Shown: positions 54,851 through 64,000 of the stretch, piece after piece
How the letters are laid out: each line of letters starts with the position of its first letter
Position numbering within the stretch: position 1 is the first letter of the stretch
Assembly: GCA_964016885.1 (NCBI GenBank)
Contig: OZ024750.1
Location: forward strand, 3,100,001 to 3,164,000
From: Eledone cirrhosa
Lineage: Eukaryota
Length of the DNA: 64,000 bases
Direction of reading: 5' to 3'
Notes under the pieces: model-generated
What the model was told of the DNA's origin: nothing
Databases searched by the model: none
Seen by the model: only the letters and a program-made list of their open reading frames with translations
Made by a program: the position numbers and the translations under genes

Positions 54851-54898
54851 TGTGTGAGAGAGTAAGTGTGTGTGTTGTGAGTGTGTCTGTGTGTGTGC
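54128..54898. repeat. (GT)n compound microsatellite including a 20-bp unit
   Basis: tgtttgtgtgtgcgcgggag iterated within (GT)n. Confidence 0.9.
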
Positions 54899-55259
54899 AA
54901 TAAAAGTGACTAGAAAGATGATAGTAGAGAGTAGAGTATTGTTTTATATGTTTGTATGGTGGGAGAAAACAAGAAAAAATAAAAATTGTAAAACAAAAAA
55001 AACCGGCAAAGGACTAATGTCTTCCTTTCCATTATGCTCTGATAGATTCTACTTCACAGCAGAAGAGCTGTAGTGTCTCCTTATCAGTTTTATTGATGAA
55101 CAGCTGAGCAATCTATGACAAAATACTTGACCAGTTGAATCAGAGAAAGCCATGAAGAATTCTAGTGATTACTGCGGCTTCTGTGTAGTGTAGGATTAAT
55201 TGGATACCCTTGCAACTTTAGTTCATACTGCCTGGTCTTAGAGGAGACCAAGAGGAGAT

Positions 55260-55535
55260 GTATGGCCTGGTGGTAAGGGTGTTGGACTTATGATTGCAAT
55301 GTCATGGGTTTGTTGATTCCTGGACTGCGTTGAGCGTTGTGTTCTTGAACAAAACACCTCATTTCACGTTGCTCCAGTGTACTCTGCTGAAAATGAGTAC
55401 CAGCAATAGCTGGGAGTTTAACCCTGCAATGGACTGGTATCCTGTCCAGGGGAGAGTCTTGTACTCTCATTCACTTCATGCCATGGAAAACAGGATAAGC
55501 ACTGGCCAGATGCACCTCTGGACTGAAGACAGGCT
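55260..55535 (+). mobile_element. tRNA/CORE-type SINE with an alternative 3' part; partial duplicate at 55553-55640
   Basis: TGGCCTGGTGGTAAGG head, TTCTTGAACAAAACAC core, CCCTGCAATGGACTGGTATCCTGTCCAGGGG. Confidence 0.65.
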
Positions 55536-56243
55536 TTTAGAGGAGAACAAAGCTAGAGGAAGGTTTTGAACCTTATGATCATAATGTCATGGGTTTGATT
55601 CCTGGACTGGGTTGTGTTCTTGAACAAAACACTTCATTACACATTAGAGGAAGGTTTTGAACCTTTTAAGCTAGAACTAGTGAAGAAATGGCACCTTATT
55701 ATCAAGATATACATCTTTAACTCTTAACATCCTAAGATGATTTAGCAGAAAATATCTAAAAACAGGTTAATTCAAATATGTACAATATCTTTACTAGTGG
55801 ACAGATCCTTGTGAACATTCTCAGTATTAGACTAAAGTAAATACTCAAATATTTTCATGTGATTATAGTCAAAGTGTTGCAAATGTGGTTTGATGCAGTA
55901 CAGGACATTAAGAGTGAATATTTATAGAGTAGACTGTTTATGAGTAAACTCTCAGTGATTAAACTGTAGTTTATATTCTACTATACTTACAGTGTCCCTG
56001 GGAGACACTACATGCTATATATGCTGGCATTTAAACATATGTTTATTTCGATACATCACTAAGCATATGTCTACAAGAATTAGGGTTGTATGATGTATTC
56101 CAAACACTGCTTGAGAGATGGCAAAGGCTACATTGATTTAAGAAAAAATTGCTACATGGAATAACTTTAACTCATATATATATATATATAACTGTAGAGG
56201 CTTCTATGCATTTAGAATAGTATTGATCTAAATCCCTATTTAA

Positions 56244-56274
<31 letters not shown>

Positions 56275-57419
56275 TTATTTATGTATATATACATGTGTGT
56301 GAGTATGTCAGGTTGTTCTTCAGCACTACTGGTAACATGTAACCCAGTACAACCTGTGCATAATTGGCAACTAAACCGGGAACGCCACCAAGCTTGCTTT
56401 TGCTTGATGGTGGGGGGTGATTTTGGACACTCTGCAGGATGAGAAACAAAGAGGGGATAGAAAATTCAGGATAGTTAATGGCCGTTCAATCATTTTTTTT
56501 TTTTTTTTTGCTGTTTAAGACTTGTTCAACCCATGCAAGCATGGAAAAGCGGATGTAAAAACGATGATGATTATGATGATGATAGATTTTCACACATACA
56601 AACATATAAAACCATCCCCCTTTCTATATCACTTAATTCTTTGTAAAAATTTAAAATTCAACACATATTACACTTAACAGGTGAATACATATATATAATA
56701 GACTTTGCATATATTACAGTTAGTATTTATGTAGATATTTACATGTTATTTACATTAAGTACGCATACAAAGAAATCTAGGGTGATTCTATTGATCAGAA
56801 CTAGATGTTCCCTTCTAGAGATCCTCATTGTATATTTATAAGTCAACAGATAAAAGATTTGTTTTATCTTTCTAAAGCAAAAATTATCTGAATCAGGCAA
56901 TATATTTTTACTTTTTAGACTGATTGTAAAGAATTCTGATTCTGTTTTTGAATACAATATCAAAAACAAATTAAGAAATTAGCTTGTCTGTGTGAAGTAA
57001 ATTGACTCCAATATAAAGTTTGTAAAAAAAAAAAAATACAGGGTTTGAGCTCAGATCTATTAGAACAGAATTTGATACTACTACAATTACTACTACTTTT
57101 AGTTTTGTGTTAATTTATCTTCTGTTTAGATAAAAGTGTTTAGCTCTAAAGGAGTGTGAGTCACTGTTAACACTTCACCCTGAGATTAATTTTTTTTATC
57201 TAAATAGCAAAAATTACCTATTCATAACAATTGAAAGAACCTACAGCTCTATTAACGTGTGTGTGTGTGTGTGTGTATGTGTGTGTGACCACGATAACTT
57301 TATATGAGAACAACATGGAAGATGATAAAGGATGATAATGCAAACATTGAACCATAAATATAACAAATTAGTTTTCACAAAACAATTTTCTCCCTTCAAA
57401 ACTTTATCCTACAATTGAG

Positions 57420-57684
57420 ACACTGTAAATGTGGTTAGCATTAGGTAGGACATCCAGCCATAGAAAACCAGCCCCAAAACACCCAGACCACACTGTAAAG
57501 CAGACATGGCTAAAAGCACCCAGCACACACTGTAAACATGGCTGGCGTTAGGAAGGGCATCCAGCCAGCAACTCTCCTATATGAGCGAGACACGGTCACC
57601 TGGCCCAACTTGCCTCTAAATGGGACAAACTCGTCTAACCCATGCTAGCGTGGAAGATAGACATTAAACGATGATGATGATGAC
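57420..57684 (+). mobile_element. RTE 3'UTR/SINE B tail copy
   Basis: ggcgttaggaagggcatccagcc...cgtctaacccatgctagcgtggaagatagacattaaacgatgatgatg. Confidence 0.72.
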
Positions 57685-58243
57685 ACTTAAAATATCAATT
57701 GGTTGTATTGTTACATGTTAGATCTAGGTCTGTAACATATAGAAGTTTGTAAGAGTAAAAATAACAACAAAAGGATAGCTTACGATAGTTCAGATTAGCT
57801 TACGATAGTTCAGATTAGCTTACGATAGTTCAAAAGTTAACACATACTTGCAAATAATATATTATATATTATCTTTTGTTCTTGAGTGATTTTAATAAAC
57901 TCTGATGATTCCTATCGTTTGTGCTAAATAACAGCAGATTGTTGAATAAAATAACTTGCCGTTGGAGGTACATGTTTATAGGAAGAAAGAACTGTCAGTA
58001 ATTAAATGTCTTAAACTTTTAATTTTGGTTTGTAAGTACATTATAATTACACTTACCAAAAACAGAATTTAAGCTATCTGTAGATGTGAAATTGAACCAT
58101 CATTTCAGATTTTACTTTCTGTGTTATTTCCTGTTGTTGTAGGATTTAGGAAATTCAGACGTTTATGTCAAAGATAAATTAACTAGTTGACTATAATTAC
58201 TGGGTGAAGCAGATCCTCTAATTATTATTTGTACCAGAGCTTA

Positions 58244-58458
58244 GGACGGTGAATTGGTAGTATCGGTAGAACGGCGGACATGTTTTGTGGCATTGAGTTA
58301 CGTCCCTTTACGTCCTGCGTGCAAATCCCGCTGAAGTTAGCTTTGCCTTTCACTCTTACGGGATCAATAAAATAAAGTATCAGTCATGCTTTAGGGGCAA
58401 TTTAACCGACTCTCCCTGCTCAAAACATTGCTGGCATTATGCCTAAACCAGAAATAAT
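58244..58458 (+). mobile_element. SINE family A copy (plus orientation)
   Basis: Reverse complement of the minus-strand copies. Confidence 0.72.
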
Positions 58459-58513
58459 TATTTGTATCTGAACTTTTGTCTTAACAGGTTTGCAAAAGAT
58501 GGATAATAATTCT

Positions 58514-58553
<40 letters not shown>

Positions 58554-59091
58554 GGAATCATTCAAAATATAAACAACAAAACATTATTTTTGCTCCTATA
58601 AAAGATACTTCAAACATTATAAAGTGAAAAATGTAAATCATTAGAAATATTTTTTTGAAAAAGTTTCAAAAAGTTTAAAATTAAAATTATTTGCCTTACT
58701 CATTAAAAAAAAATTTTTTTTTTCTATCTTAAAATCATTTCAATATTATTACTTACAAATATGAATCCAGTTTAAAAAGTTACAAGACAGGTAAGAATCC
58801 AGGTAAAATAAACCAAGAAATTTCATTCCAATTCCATTGATAAGCAGTTGATAAAATGTGACTGGTAAACAAGAAAGTTAGTTCAATTGTAGTGAAGGTA
58901 TATTCCATGTGATTATTTAACCAGAATTTATTGTACATAATTTGGTGCCAGTCAAGTGACATGAATGAATTGATGCCACTAATTTTTTTACTATATCTGA
59001 TAGCTGCAGCAATCTCTCTTGCTTATATCTCACAATAATATATATACATTTAAAAGCAGTATAAAATAAAATGAATGAGTGAGAGAAAAAG

Positions 59092-59288
59092 GAGAGCAGG
59101 AGAAGGCCAGAGAGAGAGAGCAGGAGAGGAAGAAAGAGAGAGAGAGCAGGAGAGGAAGAAAGAGAGAGAGAGCAGGAGAGGAAGAAAGAGAGAGAGAGAG
59201 CAGGAGAGGAAGAAAGAGAGAGAGAGAGCAGGAGAGGAAGAAAGAGAGAGAGAGAGCAGGAGAGGAAGAAAGAGAGAGAGAGAGAGCA
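59092..59288. repeat. Purine-rich tandem repeat (GA)n-GCAGGAGAGGAAGAAA
   Basis: About 6-7 units of 26-30 bp. Confidence 0.85.
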
Positions 59289-59816
59289 TTTGAGAAAGAA
59301 AAAGAAAGCAGCAAAAGAAGACAGATAAAGAGAGGGAAAGAAACTATAAGAGAAAAAGAGGGAGAGAAAGAAAATGGTATGTTTGTAAAAAAGTATTTTT
59401 CTGTGAGTATTTTATATACATATATACATATATATATTAATACATATATATATATATATATATACACATGTGTGTGTGTGTGTGTGTGTATATATACTTT
59501 GCTTAAGGATTAGAATAGGTAAAGTATTGCAGTATGATGGTAAAGTGAAGGTGCCATCAAACTGCAGTTCGATAGTGTGCTGGCGATTGTTGTAGCAGTA
59601 AGCAGCCAGGAAATAGCCAATATTGAACAACTCCAGCAATCAGATGGATCAATAGAAGTGAACAGAATCAATCATAAACACGACCAAAGTTTCCAGCAGA
59701 GATGTATGTATGTATGTATGTGTGTATGTATGTATGTGTGTGTATGTATGTATGTAAGCGTGTATGTATGTATGTATGTATGTAAGCATGTATGTGTGTA
59801 TGTATGTAAGCATGTA

Positions 59817-59866
<50 letters not shown>

Positions 59867-60065
59867 TATGTGTGTGTTTATGCATGTATATAGAAGAATA
59901 TCTATTAAGTTAAATTTTCTATTCCATAATTAATACCTAAATTTTTCTAAACATAATTTCTACCAATTCAAAATTTTAAGTTTCACACAAAAATATTATT
60001 ACAATTGCTAACCAAATGATTCACCATAGTTTAATATAGTTTGAAAGTTTTACACACACACACAC

Positions 60066-60117
<52 letters not shown>

Positions 60118-60269
60118 CAATTGTTTGTTTGAACTTATATCATGACTCTGTTTTCCTTTTAATGTTTTATTGTTTTCTGAGATTTATCTTAACCTACAAC
60201 ATTTTCAACATATGGATTACATTGAGTTCTACATACAGAATAGACCCCACAACTTACAGTGGATACCTC

Positions 60270-60320
<51 letters not shown>

Positions 60321-60654
60321 GATGATGACGATGATAATTATATATACTTAAAAGTCTCAAATATTCAAAAATTCATTCAGCAGAAGAAACTAATTTGTTG
60401 ATTTACTGGAAAGTAAACTAGCTCTTATCTATTTTTGTGCTTTTGCTTGAAAGTAAAATACGTTTTGTAGTTTAGACGATAAAACTAATAATATAACTGA
60501 TAGAATTTATTGTATTATACACTGATGAGGTTTTAGAAGGTAGGAAACGTAATAAAGATAACAGTTAAAGTACTTTCTAATGATTAACCCATTCTTTCAG
60601 ACATATGTAGAGAAATATCATCCTCCTCATCATCATTGTCGTTTTAACACCGTC

Positions 60655-63600
60655 TTTCCCTGCTAGCAAGCGTTGGATTTATATAGTTTCCCTGCTAGCA
60701 AGCGTTGTATTTATATAGTTTCCCTGCTAGCAAGGGTTGGATTTATATAGTTTCCCTGCTAGCAAGCGTTGGATTTATATAGTTTCCCTGCTAGCAAGGG
60801 TTGTATTTATATAGTTTCCCTGCTAGCAAGCGTTGGATTTATATAGTTTCCCTGCTAGCAAGCGTTGGATTTATATAGTTTCCCTGCTAGCAAGGGTCGT
60901 ATTTATATAGTTTCCCTGCTAGCAAGGGTTGTATTTATATAGTTTCCCTGCTAGCAAGGGTTGTATTTATATAGTTTCCCTGCTAGCAAGGGTTGTATTT
61001 ATATAGTTTCCCTGCTAGCAAGCGTTGGATTTATATAGTTTCCCTGCTAGCAAGGGTTGTATTTATATAATTTCCCTGCTAGCAAGGGTTGTATTTATAT
61101 AGTTTCCCTGCTAGCAAGGGTCGTATTTATATAGTTTCCCTGCTAGCAAGGGTTGTATTTATATAGTTTCCCTGCTAGCAAGGGTTGTATTTATATAATT
61201 TCCCTGCTAGCAAGGGTCGTATTTATATAGTTTCCCTGCTAGCAAGGGTTGTATTTATATAGTTTCCCTGCTAGCAAGGGTTGTATTTATATAATTTCCC
61301 TGCTAGCAAGGGTCGTATTTATATAGTTTCCCTGCTAGCAAGGGTTGTATTTATATAGTTTCCCTGCTAGCAAGGGTTGGATTTATATAGTTTCCCTGCT
61401 AGCAAGGGTTGGATTTATATAGTTTCCCTGCTAGCAAGCGTTGGATTTATATAGTTTCCCTGCTAGCAAGCGTTGGATTTATATAGTTTCCCTGCTAGCA
61501 AGGGTTGGATTTATATAGTTTCCCTGCTAGCAAGGGTTGGATTTATATAATTTCCCTGCTAGCAAGGGTTGGATTTATATAGTTTCCCTGCTAGCAAGCG
61601 TTGGATTTATATAGTTTCCCTGCTAGCAAGCGTTGGATTTATATAGTTTCCCTGCTAGCAAGGGTTGGATTTATATAGTTTCCCTGCTAGCAAGCGTTGG
61701 ATTTATATAGTTTCCCTGCTAGCAAGCGTTGGATTTATATAGTTTCCCTGCTAGCAAGCGTTGGATTTATATAGTTTCCCTGCTAGCAAGGGTCGTATTT
61801 ATATAGTTTCCCTGCTAGCAAGGGTTGGATTTATATAGTTTCCCTGCTAGCAAGGGTTGGATTTATATAATTTCCCTGCTAGCAAGCGTTGGATTTATAT
61901 AGTTTCCCTGCTAGCAAGGGTTGTATTTATATAGTTTCCCTGCTAGCAAGGGTTGGATTTATATAATTTCCCTGCTAGCAAGCGTTGGATTTATATAGTT
62001 TCCCTGCTAGCAAGCGTTGGATTTATATAGTTTCCCTGCTAGCAAGGGTTGGATTTATATAGTTTCCCTGCTAGCAAGCGTTGGATTTATATAATTTCCC
62101 TGCTAGCAAGGGTTGGATTTATATAGTTTCCCTGCTAGCAAGGGTTGGATTTATATAATTTCCCTGCTAGCAAGGGTTGGATTTATATAATTTCCCTGCT
62201 AGCAAGGGTTGGATTTATATAGTTTCCCTGCTAGCAAGGGTTGGATTTATATAATTTCCCTGCTAGCAAGCGTTGGATTTATATAGTTTCCCTGCTAGCA
62301 AGGGTTGTATTTATATAGTTTCCCTGCTAGCAAGGGTTGGATTTATATAATTTCCCTGCTAGCAAGCGTTGGATTTATATAGTTTCCCTGCTAGCAAGGG
62401 TTGTATTTATATAGTTTCCCTGCTAGCAAGGGTTGGATTTATATAATTTCCCTGCTAGCAAGCGTTGGATTTATATAGTTTCCCTGCTAGCAAGCGTTGG
62501 ATTTATATAGTTTCCCTGCTAGCAAGGGTTGGATTTATATAGTTTCCCTGCTAGCAAGCGTTGGATTTATATAATTTCCCTGCTAGCAAGGGTTGGATTT
62601 ATATAGTTTCCCTGCTAGCAAGGGTTGGATTTATATAATTTCCCTGCTAGCAAGGGTTGGATTTATATAATTTCCCTGCTAGCAAGGGTTGGATTTATAT
62701 AGTTTCCCTGCTAGCAAGGGTTGGATTTATATAATTTCCCTGCTAGCAAGCGTTGGATTTATATAGTTTCCCTGCTAGCAAGGGTTGTATTTATATAGTT
62801 TCCCTGCTAGCAAGGGTTGGATTTATATAATTTCCCTGCTAGCAAGCGTTGGATTTATATAGTTTCCCTGCTAGCAAGCGTTGGATTTATATAGTTTCCC
62901 TGCTAGCAAGGGTTGGATTTATATAGTTTCCCTGCTAGCAAGCGTTGGATTTATATAATTTCCCTGCTAGCAAGGGTTGGATTTATATAGTTTCCCTGCT
63001 AGCAAGGGTTGGATTTATATAATTTCCCTGCTAGCAAGGGTTGGATTTATATAATTTCCCTGCTAGCAAGGGTTGGATTTATATAGTTTCCCTGCTAGCA
63101 AGGGTTGGATTTATATAATTTCCCTGCTAGCAAGCGTTGGATTTATATAGTTTCCCTGCTAGCAAGCGTTGGATTTATATAGTTTCCCTGCTAGCAAGGG
63201 TTGGATTTATATAGTTTCCCTGCTAGCAAGCGTTGGATTTATATAATTTCCCTGCTAGCAAGGGTTGGATTTATATAGTTTCCCTGCTAGCAAGGGTTGG
63301 ATTTATATAATTTCCCTGCTAGCAAGGGTTGGATTTATATAATTTCCCTGCTAGCAAGGGTTGGATTTATATAGTTTCCCTGCTAGCAAGGGTTGGATTT
63401 ATATAGTTTCCCTGCTAGCAAGCGTTGGATTTATATAATTTCCCTGCTAGCAAGGGTTGGATTTATATAGTTTCCCTGCTAGCAAGCGTTGGATTTATAT
63501 AATTTCCCTGCTAGCAAGGGTTGGATTTATATAGTTTCCCTGCTAGCAAGGGTTGGATTTATATAATTTCCCTGCTAGCAAGGGTTGGATTTATATAATT

Positions 63601-63686
63601 TCCCTGCTAGCAAGGGTTGGATTTATATAGTTTCCCTGCTAGCAAGGGTTGGATTTATATAGTTTCCCTGCTAGCAAGGGTTGGAT
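60655..63686. repeat. 32-bp minisatellite, ~95 copies (3 kb)
   Basis: Unit TTTCCCTGCTAGCAAG(G/C)GTTG(G/T)ATTTATATA(G/A), head to tail. Confidence 0.97.
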
Positions 63687-64000
63687 CACTGCTTAACATC
63701 CATTTTATCAAATGAATTTTAAAATAAAGATTTCTCAGAGGTTGAAGGATACGAAGAAGGAAAATAAATTTAAAAAAGTATCATGTGAGAAGTGAACTTA
63801 CATTGATAAACACCAAAGTAAATTAATAATATATTATCAGCTACTTTGTAAAATTCTTAATTACCAAGCAATTAATGTAAGTTGCTGCATTTTTATTTTA
63901 TTTTATTTTTTCACCATTATGTTATATTTGGGACATTTTCTTGTACTGAAAAAAATCTATCTTTGATTTAGCTAATTTTCTGGCCAAAGTTCTTAAAATA

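Noticed and set aside
54069-54903. HT-rich and CV-rich ORFs
   Set aside because: (GT)n microsatellite artefact.
58780-58962. Additional dystrophin exon or alternative first exon
   Set aside because: No spectrin-like pattern and no convincing pair of splice sites; I could not identify the exon-36 counterpart in the window.
59075-59513. Charged coiled-coil ORF
   Set aside because: GA-rich tandem repeat artefact.
60655-63686. CRISPR-like 32-bp repeats
   Set aside because: No spacers; a simple tandem minisatellite.

Overview
This is AT-rich, repeat-dense eukaryotic DNA. The SINE/MITE/microsatellite landscape looks like a coleoid cephalopod, probably Octopus (inference). It is not prokaryotic: no operons, CRISPR arrays, rRNA or genuine tRNA genes were seen. 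The window lies inside one very large minus-strand gene. Three GT-AG, phase-0 exons (45713-45555, 20674-20435, 6494-6363) splice into 177 aa of spectrin-repeat rod that aligns by eye to dystrophin, around human exons 37-39. The rest is intronic. It contains RTE and CR1 LINE 3' fragments, two tRNA-derived SINE families, TTAA (piggyBac-type) and TA (Tc1/mariner-type) MITEs, a non-autonomous Helitron, two multi-kb minisatellites (41 bp and 32 bp units) and many microsatellites. The most notable observations are: (1) a 204-bp loopless palindrome just upstream of an exon, whose four mismatches are all G-U wobbles on the gene's sense strand; (2) tandem arrays visibly born from transposon termini; (3) a lineage-specific-looking insert in the dystrophin rod. 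I found no clear evidence of a novel multi-gene system. Homology calls are from motif recall, not database searches.
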